Shown here: in pieces, positions 8,873 through 18,807 of the stretch | Layout: the number at the start of each line of letters is the position of its first letter | Position numbering within the stretch: the stretch's first letter is position 1 | From: Brevinematia bacterium | GTDB taxonomy: Bacteria > Spirochaetota > Brevinematia > DTOW01 | Assembly: GCA_039630355.1 (NCBI GenBank) | Contig: JBCNVF010000019.1 | Span: 2,142 to 66,141, forward strand | Direction of reading: 5' to 3' | Length of the DNA: 64,000 bases | Made by a program: the position numbers and the translations under genes | Notes under the pieces: generated by a model | The model's database searches: none | Told to the model about the DNA's origin: nothing | What the model saw: the letters and a program-made list of their open reading frames with translations, nothing else

Positions 8873-10090
8873 ATGTATGACTTTGATGAGAATCCAACTA
8901 ATATAAAGGTAGTGGGAGTTGGTGGGGCTGGATGTAATGCTGTTGATAGGATGATAGGGGCAGGTGTTAAGAATGTGGATTTCATTGCGATAAATACTGA
9001 TGTCCAAGCGCTTGCGAAGAGTCTAGCTCCTACGAAGATACAGATAGGTCAGAAGATAACCAAAGGATTTGGGGCAGGGGCTGATCCGAGAGTAGGTGAG
9101 GAGTCTGCAAATGAGGATAGGGATATCATATACGATGCCCTTAGAGGAGCGGATATGGTTTTTATCACTTGTGGTATGGGAGGAGGAACAGGAACTGGTG
9201 CTGCACCTGTGATTGCTCAGATATCAAAGGAGATAGGAGCGTTAACAGTAGCAGTTGTTACTAAGCCTTTTCTAGTTGAAGGAAAAAAAAGAGCGGATAG
9301 GGCAGAGGAAGGTATAAAAAAGCTTAGGCAATACATTGATACCATAATAGTAATACCGAATCAGAATCTTTTTAAGGTTATTGACAAAAAAACTCCTCTC
9401 GTTCAAGCTTTTCTCAAAGCCGATGAAGTGCTAATGCATGCTATTCAGGGGATGTCAGATATAATCACTAAACCGGGCCTTATAAATGTTGATTTTGCTG
9501 ATGTAAAAACTGTGCTTAGGGAAGGAGGTGAGGCATTGATGGGAATCGGTGTAGATTCTGATCCTAAGTCTGTTGCTCAAAAAGCAATAAATAATCCTCT
9601 TGTTGACAACATCTCATTTAGAGGGGCGAAGGCTGTTCTTGTCAACATTTCTGGTGGAAGTAAGCTTTCTCTTGATGATGTTAATATCATAATGGAAACT
9701 ATAAATGAGACAGCAGATAAGGAAGCTAACATCATAATGGGAGCTTGCCCTGATGAAACTATGGGTGAGCAAATAAGGGTTGTAGTTATTGCTACGGGTT
9801 TCTCTTCCTTAGCTTCAGAAGCAAGTTCTAAAATGCATCAGCAGATTAGTGGGGATGGTAAGGAAGAAAAGGAAGTTTCCAAAATGGGAGAAGGTGGAGT
9901 TAAAGTTATACCGGGAATAGGCAAAATTGTATCTAGGCAAGATTTTCTGTCAAAGCGCAAAGGGCTTAGATCTTTTGAAGAAACTATTAAGGAGGTATAT
10001 GATCCTTCAACTCCAGCAATTTTAAGGAAGAATAAACTGGCTTCTTATTTCCAATTAGGTGATGAAGATGAGTTATCTAATAGTTTTTGA
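8873..10090 (+). CDS. ftsZ: Cell division GTPase FtsZ (start at ATG 8873 preferred over TTG 8840)
   Basis: [24 protein letters not shown] and [10 protein letters not shown] tubulin signature. GGGAGGGG SD lies 6 nt upstream of 8873. Not adjacent to ftsA. Confidence 0.93.
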   Translation: MYDFDENPTNIKVVGVGGAGCNAVDRMIGAGVKNVDFIAINTDVQALAKSLAPTKIQIGQKITKGFGAGADPRVGEESANEDRDIIYDALRGADMVFITCGMGGGTGTGAAPVIAQISKEIGALTVAVVTKPFLVEGKKRADRAEEGIKKLRQYIDTIIVIPNQNLFKVIDKKTPLVQAFLKADEVLMHAIQGMSDIITKPGLINVDFADVKTVLREGGEALMGIGVDSDPKSVAQKAINNPLVDNISFRGAKAVLVNISGGSKLSLDDVNIIMETINETADKEANIIMGACPDETMGEQIRVVVIATGFSSLASEASSKMHQQISGDGKEEKEVSKMGEGGVKVIPGIGKIVSRQDFLSKRKGLRSFEETIKEVYDPSTPAILRKNKLASYFQLGDEDELSNSF

Positions 10091-10352
10091 TCTCTAGTTT
10101 GGATTCTTTAGGTATTCCAAGCCAGTGATGTAGGATTACTGAGTAAAATGAAAGGTTTTCTTTATTGCAACTTCCTCGCTACGCATATGTGTAGTAAATT
10201 TATCATACCTTCATTTTACTTTTCTACAACTGCATCTGTGGTGCACAAGTAGTGGTGTTGTTCTACTAGTTGTTTCTGGATTTCCGTTGAACTTCTTGTA
10301 GATTTGGTTAATGGAACTTGACAAGTATTTGACAAGGTAGTATTTTAAATCT

Positions 10353-11372
10353 ATGCCTGAGGAGAAAGTTGTGGCTAGGTGGTGGGAGAGGGATGGACAG
10401 AGGGTAAGATGTAATCTCTGTCCGAGGTCTTGTGAGATAGATGAGGGGAAAACGGGTTTTTGCTGTGTAAGGGAGAATAATGGTGGGGTTTTGTATTCTC
10501 TTGGTTATGCAAGACCTGTTGCTGTCAATATTGATCCTGTTGAAAAAAAGCCGTTGTTTCACTTTTTGCCTTCAACTACCGTTCTTTCTTTGGGAACAGT
10601 AGGTTGCAATATGGGATGTCTGTTTTGCCAGAATTGGGATATTTCCAAGGCACGGGTAAACCAAGTTCCTGGAATGTATCTACCTCCTGAGAAACTTGTG
10701 AAACTTGCAATAGAATATAACTCTCCAAGTATTGCGTTTACGTATAACGAGCCAACAATAATAGGAGAATACGTTATAGATACTGCAAAGATAGCGAAAA
10801 AGAATGGGATAAAGATTGTAATGGTCTCAAATGGATATATCTCGGAGAAGGCTTTTTACGAAATCTATGAGTATGTTGATGGTGCAAACATTGACTTGAA
10901 GGCTATAACTGAAACTTTTTATCAGAAATACACTCTCTCTCATCTAGAATATGTCAAAGAGACTCTTAAAAGGTTGAGTAAGATGGGAACTGTGTGGTTT
11001 GAGATAACAAATCTGATAATACCTACACTGAATGACAGCACAAAAGAAATTGAGGAACTGGTGGACTGGGTTTTGGACAATTTGGGTGATAGTGTGCCTT
11101 TGCATTTTACTGCTTTCCACCCGGATTACAAGCTCACGAATTTACCGAAAACTCCAAAGGAAAAGTTAGTGGAAGCAAGAAATATAGCGATAAGCAAGGG
11201 AGTTAAGTATGTGTATACTGGTAACATATGGTACGATGAAGGAAGCACTACTTTTTGTCCTAAGTGTAAGGAACCACTTATAGTTAGGTCCTGGCACAAT
11301 GTGTTGATAAACAAGGTTCGTAATTCTAAGTGTCCAAAGTGTAGTACAAAAGTTGAAGGAATTTGGAACTAA
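10353..11372 (+). CDS. AmmeMemoRadiSam-system radical SAM enzyme (PflA-like activase family)
   Basis: N-terminal CNLCPRSCEIDEGKTGFC plus radical-SAM CNMGCLFCQNW cysteine motif; 339 aa. No AMMECR1 or Memo gene adjacent. Confidence 0.8.
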   Translation: MPEEKVVARWWERDGQRVRCNLCPRSCEIDEGKTGFCCVRENNGGVLYSLGYARPVAVNIDPVEKKPLFHFLPSTTVLSLGTVGCNMGCLFCQNWDISKARVNQVPGMYLPPEKLVKLAIEYNSPSIAFTYNEPTIIGEYVIDTAKIAKKNGIKIVMVSNGYISEKAFYEIYEYVDGANIDLKAITETFYQKYTLSHLEYVKETLKRLSKMGTVWFEITNLIIPTLNDSTKEIEELVDWVLDNLGDSVPLHFTAFHPDYKLTNLPKTPKEKLVEARNIAISKGVKYVYTGNIWYDEGSTTFCPKCKEPLIVRSWHNVLINKVRNSKCPKCSTKVEGIWN

Positions 11373-12094
11373 GTAAGATATATGAAAGCTTCTATCCTAT
11401 CTTCCGTTTTAGTTGAGCGATAAGATGGGAGGAACTCTGAATTGCATTTTGTGCAAAGTGGAGAGTAGTAAATGTTTTCTTCGGATGCTTCCAACTCTAG
11501 AAGTTTGGATAGAACGAATTTGGGTATGTCAAAGTACACTTTTCCGCCTCTAATCAAACAGAAGTTTTTGGCCCATTCTAGGAATTCTTCTCCAACTTCG
11601 TAACAACAGGAGTGGATGCAGGGTAGTAGAAAGTAAAGAGCTTTTTGAGGTTCAAAGCCATACTTTTTTCTTACAAAATTTATGGTGTTTTCAATAATAC
11701 CTTCTTTAAGTCCTCTCCATCCTCCATGAATCCCGCCTACGACACCATTTCCAAAGAACATTATTGGGGCACAATCTGCGCTTCTGATACCAACTTTTAT
11801 TCCTCTGTCCACTGTAACAATAGCATCAGCTTCAATAGTACCAGACAAGCTATATGAGAAATCATAAATCTTCTCTTTGAAAAGGATCTTATTGTTTTCA
11901 ATGGATACAACCTCGTTGCCGTGAACTTGCTTGAGAGTAAATATCTTATCTATCTCGTTGATCTCGGGAGAGACTACTGAGGACATGGAAAAGTTTAGGA
12001 TCTGGAATTTGTCTACAAACTCTTGGTTTGGTGAAGCTAGGTTTGGTATTTCAAGGCCGAGCTTGAATTTATCAAATTGGTATAGAAGGAGCAT
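11369..12094 (-). CDS. pgeF: PgeF/YfiH family protein (DUF152, purine nucleoside phosphorylase/laccase-domain protein)
   Basis: SADCAPIMF and GGIHGGWRG motifs characteristic of the YfiH family. Confidence 0.8.
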   Translation of the reverse strand: MLLLYQFDKFKLGLEIPNLASPNQEFVDKFQILNFSMSSVVSPEINEIDKIFTLKQVHGNEVVSIENNKILFKEKIYDFSYSLSGTIEADAIVTVDRGIKVGIRSADCAPIMFFGNGVVGGIHGGWRGLKEGIIENTINFVRKKYGFEPQKALYFLLPCIHSCCYEVGEEFLEWAKNFCLIRGGKVYFDIPKFVLSKLLELEASEENIYYSPLCTKCNSEFLPSYRSTKTEDRIEAFIYLT

Positions 12095-12095
12095 T

Positions 12096-12935
12096 TCAGG
12101 ATTCTCTGTCTTCTAAGCTTTCAACCTCTTCTGCTATCTTTTCGGAGACGTAGTAAGATTCTTTTTCTTCAACTTCCTCTTCTTCTTCAACCTCTCTCTT
12201 CATAGCAAAGCTTTCACCTTCAAGAATGGCACTTTTGATTACCTCGGTTATGATTTGTATTGATCTAACAGCATCGTCATTTGCTGGTATAGGGTAGTCA
12301 ACCAACGTTGGGTCTGAGTTGGTATCAACAATAGCTACTATGGGAATTCCAAGCTTTCTGGCCTCATTCACAGCGATCTCTTCTTTGGTAATGTCAACAA
12401 CATACAGAACATCTGGAAGAGATTTCATATCCCTTATTCCTTCAAGTCTCTCCGACAGTCTCTTTTTTAGTTTCATCAGCTTACTTATTTCACTCTTAGG
12501 CAGTTGGTTTATAGAACCATCTACTTCCATCTTTTCAATTCTCATCAAGTTTTGAACTGCTTTTCTAACAGAATGGAAGTTGGTCAGTGTGCCTGGTATC
12601 CACTTTTTGTTAACGTAAAATTGTCCGCATGCTACTGCTTCCTGCTTTATTATATCTTGTGCTTGTTTTCTTGTACCTACGAACAGAAACTTAGCTCCTT
12701 TCTTTGCCATTTCCTTAACAAAGTTGTAAGCGTCTTTGAGTTTTTCTAGAGTCTTTTGGAGGTTGATAATATGTACATTTCCTTTGGTAGCGAAGATAAA
12801 TTCTTTCATTTTAGGGTTCCATTTACTCTTCTGGTGCCCGAAATGTGCTCCTGCCTCCAAGAGAACATTTATATTTACTTTTTCTGAGGAGAATGGCTGA
12901 ATTTCTATTTGACTCTCTTGAGTTATTTCACTCAT
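12096..12935 (-). CDS. rpsB: 30S ribosomal protein S2 (start at internal Met; ORF extends to 12977)
   Basis: LLEAGAHFGHQKSKWNPKM S2 signature. GGAGGAAAGCC SD precedes the MSEITQ start. Acidic C-terminal tail. No tsf downstream. Confidence 0.93.
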   Translation of the reverse strand: MSEITQESQIEIQPFSSEKVNINVLLEAGAHFGHQKSKWNPKMKEFIFATKGNVHIINLQKTLEKLKDAYNFVKEMAKKGAKFLFVGTRKQAQDIIKQEAVACGQFYVNKKWIPGTLTNFHSVRKAVQNLMRIEKMEVDGSINQLPKSEISKLMKLKKRLSERLEGIRDMKSLPDVLYVVDITKEEIAVNEARKLGIPIVAIVDTNSDPTLVDYPIPANDDAVRSIQIITEVIKSAILEGESFAMKREVEEEEEVEEKESYYVSEKIAEEVESLEDRES

Positions 12936-13023
12936 AGGCTTTCCTCCGGTTGTATTAGCAAAAATTATAAAAAACACCTTGAATTTGCTTCAAATTAGTC
13001 TTCAAGTAGGTGATAAATTCCAA

Positions 13024-13224
13024 TTTCCGTTAAGTGATTAGATGAGATTCAACTTTTTGCTTACTTACCCTCTTTGTTTCTAGGTAATCTTCTTCAGTTA
13101 TGAGACTTCACCTTAACCAAACCTCTTATGTGCTTATCAAGAAGAGTGTTCTCCTTCAGTTCTAGTAGGTGTTGTGAGAAAAATAAAAGAAAAACAGTGC
13201 TTAATTGTTAAGTTTTGAAATTCA
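13024..13224 (+). repeat. Type-1 intergenic repeat element, full copy B
   Basis: Collinear alignment with copies A and D (see 8263-8484). Confidence 0.8.
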
Positions 13225-13310
13225 TTGTCAAGTGAGTAGTATTTATGGGCTAAGTGAGATCCTTTTTTGTTAGTTGTGGTTGTGCTATATGAGAAATGAG
13301 TTGTGTATCT

Positions 13311-13877
13311 TTAGAGAATATAGATGAAGATCTTATCATCAATCACATTCAGTAGGCTAAAGCTGGAAAATCTCCATAGGTAGGATACTATTATAGTTCC
13401 GTAGGATAGTTCTTTAGCAAATTTTACCTCAAGTTTCCTGTTAGTCTCTTCTGTTAGGAAGCAGAAAACGATTGTAGCATCTTTAATGGGGTAGTTGAAG
13501 AAATTTCCCCAGATTACTTTAACTTTGTTTTCTAGTCCCAGTAGTTTTACTCTGATCTTTGTAATAAGGTATCTGATAGGATCTATCTCTATACCAACTG
13601 CTTTGCACCCATATTTTTTAGCAGCCTCTATTATAAACCTTCCGTCTCCACAACCAAGATCGTAAACTACATCTTTCTCCTTTGGTTCAAGGTAGTTGAG
13701 GGTTTTATGTATCACTTTCATAGGTGTAGGGTCCCAGGCTGCTCCTAACATCCAGGTCCAAAGCAAGGATATAGTGAGGAGTATGAGTATTACGGCAATT
13801 GGCCAAAGTCCGTAGAAGAAACTTAAGAGTGCTCCTATTAGAAAAACCATTGTCAAGATTAACCAAACCATACTCAA
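13311..13877 (-). CDS. Membrane-anchored class I SAM-dependent methyltransferase
   Basis: Two N-terminal hydrophobic helices, then SAM-binding motif I VYDLGCGDGRF and motif II region. Start overlaps upstream ORF by 4 nt. Confidence 0.7.
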   Translation of the reverse strand: MSMVWLILTMVFLIGALLSFFYGLWPIAVILILLTISLLWTWMLGAAWDPTPMKVIHKTLNYLEPKEKDVVYDLGCGDGRFIIEAAKKYGCKAVGIEIDPIRYLITKIRVKLLGLENKVKVIWGNFFNYPIKDATIVFCFLTEETNRKLEVKFAKELSYGTIIVSYLWRFSSFSLLNVIDDKIFIYIL

Positions 13878-14377
13878 AATAGAATGTCTCCTACTTTAAG
13901 TATGTCTAGAATCTTGTATAAGGTAGTTTCGTTTCCGGCTTCGTCAAGTTCTGTGACCTTTGAAACATAGAAAGAATAACCACCTACGTATTGGTTTTTT
14001 TCGTCTATCACGAGTAGATTCACTTTCCAAGCTATAAAGCCATACTTTCTTTTCTCCTCTGGCAAAAACTCTGAGGATTGGTATATTCTTAGGAATTTTA
14101 TCTGGGCGCTAGATGGAAACTGTTTATTTAGCTCACCGATGTAATACTCGTTTATTTCCATATTTCCAGAGAAGAGATTGACGAATACCTTCCCACCACA
14201 GACTTCTCTCAGAGAGTCTCTGTCTCTTAATTGCGCTGATCTGATAAATTTCAAAATCACGTCCTGAAGACTTCTTATCTCAATAAGATGGGAGATATAG
14301 GAGACTAGTATAATGCCAAGTATGATAGCCAGTATTAGTATTCCTAGAAGTATTCCAATTTTTCTTGCCTTGATCAT
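13874..14377 (-). CDS. Hypothetical membrane-anchored protein (N-terminal TM helix), co-transcribed with methyltransferase
   Basis: ORF with an N-terminal TM segment ILLGILILAIILGIILV; no recognisable catalytic motif. Confidence 0.5.
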   Translation of the reverse strand: MIKARKIGILLGILILAIILGIILVSYISHLIEIRSLQDVILKFIRSAQLRDRDSLREVCGGKVFVNLFSGNMEINEYYIGELNKQFPSSAQIKFLRIYQSSEFLPEEKRKYGFIAWKVNLLVIDEKNQYVGGYSFYVSKVTELDEAGNETTLYKILDILKVGDILF

Positions 14378-14515
14378 TTTGGAACTATATTGTAAATAAA
14401 CATAGCAATAAGTTTAAAATTACTTCTCTTGGTCGGAAGTTGGATTCTTGCTAGAGGTGTTGTTAACTTGGGAAGGTAGAATTTGTGTAAATATTCTGGG
14501 TTTTTATAAAATTTA

Positions 14516-15811
14516 GTGTCTATGAGGAAAGTAGTTGTTGGTGTAGTAGGATTTGGTACAGTCGGAGGTGGGGTTGTAGATATTCTTCAGAAGAATAGAG
14601 AGCTTATCAGGGAGAGAGCAGGGGTTGATGTTGAGCTTAAGTATGTAGCTAGTAAGAACTTTGGAGGTTCTGGGGTAGAGATACTTTACGCGAAAAAGAC
14701 TTCAGACTACAACGATATAATACAGGATAAAGAAGTTGACATTGTTGTGGAGTTAGTTGGAGGAATTGATGTTCCTTTTGATATCCTTACTAAGGCAATG
14801 AAGTCTGGTAAGAGTGTGGTAACTGCTAATAAGGCTTTGTTATCTGAAAAAGGTAACGAGATTTTCTCATTTGCAAAGCAGTATGGTGTTGCAATTGGGT
14901 TTGAGGCAAGTGTTGCTGGTGGAATACCGATAATAAGGGTTCTTGCAGATAGTCTTGTGGGAGACAGAATTAGCCAAATACTTGGTATTCTGAATGGAAC
15001 TACTAATTTCATCTTGACCAAGATGTTTGAGGAGAATATGGATTTTGCATCTGCTCTTAAGAAGGCTCAGGAGCTTGGATTTGCAGAGGCTGATCCAACA
15101 TTGGACATTGATGGGATTGATACTGCTCACAAGATTTCCATTCTTGCAAGATTGGCTTTTAACGCGTATATAGATTTTAACTCAGTATACGTTGAAGGAA
15201 TAAGGAATATTTCACTGGATGATGTTAAGTATGCCTACGAGCTTGGATTTGTTGTAAAGCTTTTGGGAATCTCAAGGCTAGACGATGATGGCACGATAGA
15301 AGTTAGAGTTCATCCTGCGCTTATAAGTAAAACCAACCAGCTTGCATTTGTTAGAAATGAATACAACGCTGTTCTTGTTGAGAGCAAAAATCTTGGGACA
15401 TCAATGTACTATGGTAAAGGAGCAGGAAGGTATCCGACAGCGGTGTCAGTGGTTGCTGATATAGTAGAAATAGCCAAAAATATTTCCAATCCTAAACTGG
15501 TTGCCAAAATGAGAGATTTTGAAAACAGAGAGATTAAATCAATTGGAGATATATACTCTAGGTATTATCTTAGATTTTCGGTGATTGACAGACCTGGCGT
15601 TCTAAGTGCTATCTCAAAGATTCTTGGAGACAATAATATAAGCATTGCTGCAGTTATTCAGAAAGAGGTAAGTCCCCATGAGTTTGTTCCTCTAGTTATG
15701 GTTACACACCATGCAAGAGAAAAGGATCTTGTTAAAGCTCTCTCTGAGATAAACAATCTTAAGGTAGTTAAGGGGCAGGGTGTTATGATAAGAATTGTTG
15801 ATGAGCTTTAG
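14516..15811 (+). CDS. hom: Homoserine dehydrogenase with C-terminal ACT domain
   Basis: VGVVGFGTVGGGVV NAD-binding N-terminus, homoserine dehydrogenase catalytic domain, ACT-like C-terminus. GTG start. Confidence 0.9.
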   Translation: MSMRKVVVGVVGFGTVGGGVVDILQKNRELIRERAGVDVELKYVASKNFGGSGVEILYAKKTSDYNDIIQDKEVDIVVELVGGIDVPFDILTKAMKSGKSVVTANKALLSEKGNEIFSFAKQYGVAIGFEASVAGGIPIIRVLADSLVGDRISQILGILNGTTNFILTKMFEENMDFASALKKAQELGFAEADPTLDIDGIDTAHKISILARLAFNAYIDFNSVYVEGIRNISLDDVKYAYELGFVVKLLGISRLDDDGTIEVRVHPALISKTNQLAFVRNEYNAVLVESKNLGTSMYYGKGAGRYPTAVSVVADIVEIAKNISNPKLVAKMRDFENREIKSIGDIYSRYYLRFSVIDRPGVLSAISKILGDNNISIAAVIQKEVSPHEFVPLVMVTHHAREKDLVKALSEINNLKVVKGQGVMIRIVDEL

Positions 15812-15953
15812 TGCTGGGGTGCTTGGAAATAAAGTAAAACTTGAAATGAAACTTTGGAAAGTTTCTAAAGTTGGAAAACGAACTGTTTTGGAAACATTTC
15901 TACTAAGCTTGCCTAAGAAAAGTTTTAGTTACAAGTGAGGATGTGAAGTAAGT

Positions 15954-16418
15954 ATGAAGATAGGAGTAGTTGGTGTTGGTCATGCCCTGGGAGGAGATGA
16001 CTTTGTTGGTATAAGGGTAGTGGAGGAACTGTCCGAGGAAATTGATGAACCAGAGGTGGAGTTTATTACTACGATGGACCCTTCAAGAATAGTTTACTTA
16101 CTCGGAGATACCGAGTATATGGTAATTGTTGATGCTGTTTTTGGAGATACTGCTGGAGAGGTGCACTTGATAGATCATGCTGAGTATCCCTTTAATCTTA
16201 AGGCAATCTCGTCTCATGGTATTGGGGTTCCACTTGCTATTGAGATGGCCAGAAGTTTGGGAATAGATGTTGAGGCTAAAGTTAGGGTTGTGGGTATCAG
16301 TATCACTGAGGTTAGAATGTATGATGATACACTCTCTGAGGAAGTTAAAAAGGCAATACCAGTGGCTAAAAGGATGATTATGGAAATTATAAAGGAGTTC
16401 AAAGGGAGTAAGGTCTAG
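15954..16418 (+). CDS. Hydrogenase maturation protease (HyaD/HycI family)
   Basis: 154 aa; MKIGVVGVGHALGGDDFVGIRVVEEL matches the G-x5-DD-x-x-G hydrogenase endopeptidase N-terminus. No hydrogenase structural genes in the window. Confidence 0.7.
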   Translation: MKIGVVGVGHALGGDDFVGIRVVEELSEEIDEPEVEFITTMDPSRIVYLLGDTEYMVIVDAVFGDTAGEVHLIDHAEYPFNLKAISSHGIGVPLAIEMARSLGIDVEAKVRVVGISITEVRMYDDTLSEEVKKAIPVAKRMIMEIIKEFKGSKV

Positions 16419-16419
16419 T

Positions 16420-16494
16420 GGGCGGGCGACGGGACTCGAACCCGCAACCTCTGGAGCCACAGTCCAATGCTCTAACCATTTGAGCTACGCCCGC
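16420..16494 (-). tRNA. tRNA-His (anticodon GUG) with encoded G-1
   Basis: Reverse complement folds as a cloverleaf: acceptor GCGGGCG/CGCCCGC, D-arm GCTC-AAATGGTTA-GAGC, anticodon arm TTGGA-CTGTGGC-TCCAG (GTG at 34-36), T-arm GCGGG-TTCGAGT-CCCGT. The extra 5' G pairs with discriminator C73, which is the tRNA-His hallmark. CCA is not encoded. Confidence 0.85.
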
Positions 16495-16568
16495 CACAAG
16501 AGCTACAAGATAAGAATATTATGAATGCCTAGATTTCAATAATTCAAGAAAAAATGGTGTCTTCCAAT

Positions 16569-16650
16569 GAGTTCCAATTTCCATTAGGTAAGTAGATAAA
16601 ATTCAACTTTTTGTTTACTTACACTCTTTGCTTCTAGGCTAAGCATTTTC
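16569..16650 (+). repeat. Type-1 repeat element, 5' partial copy C
   Basis: GAGTTCCAATTTCCATTAGG...AACTTTTTGTTTACTTACACTCTTTGCTTCTAG matches the first about 90 bp of the type-1 consensus. Confidence 0.65.
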
Positions 16651-16721
16651 AGAAAGTGAGTTAGGTCTTTTTGAAACTTTGGATATCTTTTTTTATCATT
16701 AAGAGGTGGAGAGGATAAACT

Positions 16722-18602
16722 ATGAAGGCTGTTGCCATAGTTTTAGTTTTTTTGCTTTTGTTTGCCTTTACAGGTTGTGGGCTAAGACCGAAAACTTCTC
16801 CTGACGAGTCTGGTATTTCCCAACCACCGCAAGAATTAGGTGCTGTCATCTCCAATGACGGAAATGTCTATTTCTACCTTTTTGCTCCTAAGGCTAGGAG
16901 TGTAAGTATAGCAGGAAGCTTCAATGGCTGGAATAAAGACGCCAATCCTATGCAAAAGATTCTAACCACAGAAGGTGCAGTGTGGACAACCTCACTTCCT
17001 CTTTCAACGGTGTATGGTAAAGAGTATAAGTATGTAATTGATGGTAACGCTTGGGTTGCGGATCCTTACTCAAAGTATGTCTCAAGCGATGGATACGGAG
17101 GTTTCAACACAGTCCTGAGAACCAATTCACAAATATCTTGGGTTCAATTCACTCCACCAAGCCAGTCCGAGCTTATAATCTATGAACTACATGTTGAAAG
17201 TTTCACCGCAAACGATCCAACAGTTTCACAAAACAATAGAGGTAAATTTTTAGGAATTCTTGAGAAGACGAACTATCTACTTTCACTTGGGGTAAACGCT
17301 ATTGAGATAATGCCAATACATGTTCAAGAGTTCTACTCAGGCTATACATGGGGGTATAATCCTGTTTTGTTTATGGCTATACACTCTGACTACGGAACTC
17401 CAGATGAATTTAAAACTATGGTTAATGAACTTCACAAAGTTGGCATTGCGGTAATAGTTGATGTTGTTTTCAATCACACTGGAAATCAAAATAACTACCT
17501 TTGGACTATAGACAAAACCTACTACTTTGATTTTGATGGGGATGGAGTTATAGAAAATCCGGGTGATGATTCAACTCCTTGGGGAAACAAATTTGCTTTA
17601 TGGAAGCCGATGGCATTAAAACTTGTGTATGATACTCTAGAGTATTACTTAAAAGAGTTCAATGTTGATGGATTTAGGATTGACGGAACTTACGCAATGG
17701 AAGGTGGTAATCCTTACAAAAATGCAAGAACATACTTGATAAATCAGGTAATAAGTCCTCTCAGGCAGAAGTATCCAAACAAGATCTGGATAGCTGAGCA
17801 ATTACCTAACCATTCTGATTTTAAGGGGACTGGTATAGCGCAGTGGGGACAGGTTTTTCACGACAAGATGAAAGCAATGTTAAGGAGAGGAGACTTTGAA
17901 GGGGAAAGGTATGACAATGTTGGAAGGGTTGGAAGAATGATATACTACGACAAGGACGGAGGAACTTTTGCTTCTCCGGTAGAAGTGGTAAATTACTTTG
18001 AATCCCATGACGAAAACTCTGTATATACCGAGCTTGTCACTTACAGTGGGCTAAGTGTAACTGACGCAACGAATGCTTCCAAGGCTGGTGCAATAGTGCT
18101 TTTTACTTCCATGGGGATTCCAATGCTTATGGCAGGGCAGGAATTCGTAAGACCTAGGATAGGACAGAATACTAGTAAAGCCAATGGTGATATTGATTGG
18201 TCCTGGTTGATTTCAAATACGAATATATTCAACTACTACTCAGGACTTATTGAGCTTAGGAAGAATCATCCAGCTTTGAGGATAACAGATCCAGATCCCG
18301 CAAGTAAGGGGTGGTTCAAATGGGGTAACGAGTGGAACAGTGCTAACTTCAATTGGTCAGCTAGTAAACACATAGTCTATGCTCTTAACTATAATGGTAA
18401 CGTTCCTGGAGAGACCAATAGATTCGTAGTAGCTGTAAATTTCAGCACTAACGGTGTCACAATATATCCGTTCTTTGAAACAGGTGAATGGAAAATAGTT
18501 GTTGACCCAACGAACAGTAGAGGGACAACCACAACCAATATAACAAGCACAACAACTAGTTGGGAACTGCCACCAGTAAGTGGGTATATATTCATGAAAT
18601 AG
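16722..18602 (+). CDS. GH13 alpha-glucan hydrolase (pullulanase-type) lipoprotein with N-terminal CBM48-like domain
   Basis: Lipobox LLFAFTGCG; GH13 conserved regions DVVFNHTG, GFRIDGTYAM, YFESHDE. Confidence 0.8.
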   Translation: MKAVAIVLVFLLLFAFTGCGLRPKTSPDESGISQPPQELGAVISNDGNVYFYLFAPKARSVSIAGSFNGWNKDANPMQKILTTEGAVWTTSLPLSTVYGKEYKYVIDGNAWVADPYSKYVSSDGYGGFNTVLRTNSQISWVQFTPPSQSELIIYELHVESFTANDPTVSQNNRGKFLGILEKTNYLLSLGVNAIEIMPIHVQEFYSGYTWGYNPVLFMAIHSDYGTPDEFKTMVNELHKVGIAVIVDVVFNHTGNQNNYLWTIDKTYYFDFDGDGVIENPGDDSTPWGNKFALWKPMALKLVYDTLEYYLKEFNVDGFRIDGTYAMEGGNPYKNARTYLINQVISPLRQKYPNKIWIAEQLPNHSDFKGTGIAQWGQVFHDKMKAMLRRGDFEGERYDNVGRVGRMIYYDKDGGTFASPVEVVNYFESHDENSVYTELVTYSGLSVTDATNASKAGAIVLFTSMGIPMLMAGQEFVRPRIGQNTSKANGDIDWSWLISNTNIFNYYSGLIELRKNHPALRITDPDPASKGWFKWGNEWNSANFNWSASKHIVYALNYNGNVPGETNRFVVAVNFSTNGVTIYPFFETGEWKIVVDPTNSRGTTTTNITSTTTSWELPPVSGYIFMK

Positions 18603-18604
18603 GT

Positions 18605-18700
18605 TGCTTTCTCTTTCTACGTCTCTTGCAGTCCCTGTCGGGACTGGGTGAATACTTTTCTCTAACATATACTACCTAGAGTCAGAGAAAGTAAGCATAT
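18605..18700 (-). repeat. Type-1 repeat fragment F (3' portion, inverted) carrying the perfect hairpin CAGTCCC-TGTC-GGGACTG (18629-18646)
   Basis: Reverse complement aligns to the GAGAAAAATAAAAG end of type-1. Shares CTCGCAGTCCCTG-N-CGGGACTGGGTGA with 62745-62773. Confidence 0.55.
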
Positions 18701-18807
18701 GGAGGGCTAGAATTTTGTCTACTTTCTAACGAAGTTGGGTTTTTGACCTCTTATGGAATTTGATTTTAAATGGGAAGATGGACTATATTTTTATATCTGA
18801 GGTTTTT

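Noticed and set aside
12936-12977. Upstream TTG/ATG start giving MFFIIFANTTGGKPM extension on rpsB
   Set aside because: The GGAGG SD is positioned for the internal MSEITQ start, and the extension is hydrophobic and not S2-like.
15848-15865. Palindrome GAAACTTTGGAAAGTTTC downstream of hom as intrinsic terminator
   Set aside because: The stem is perfect but the loop is too small, and there is no downstream T-tract. Left unannotated.
16098-16460. 120-aa minus-strand ORF overlapping the hydrogenase maturation protease gene and tRNA-His
   Set aside because: It overlaps a well-supported tRNA and an oppositely oriented gene; no RBS or domain features.
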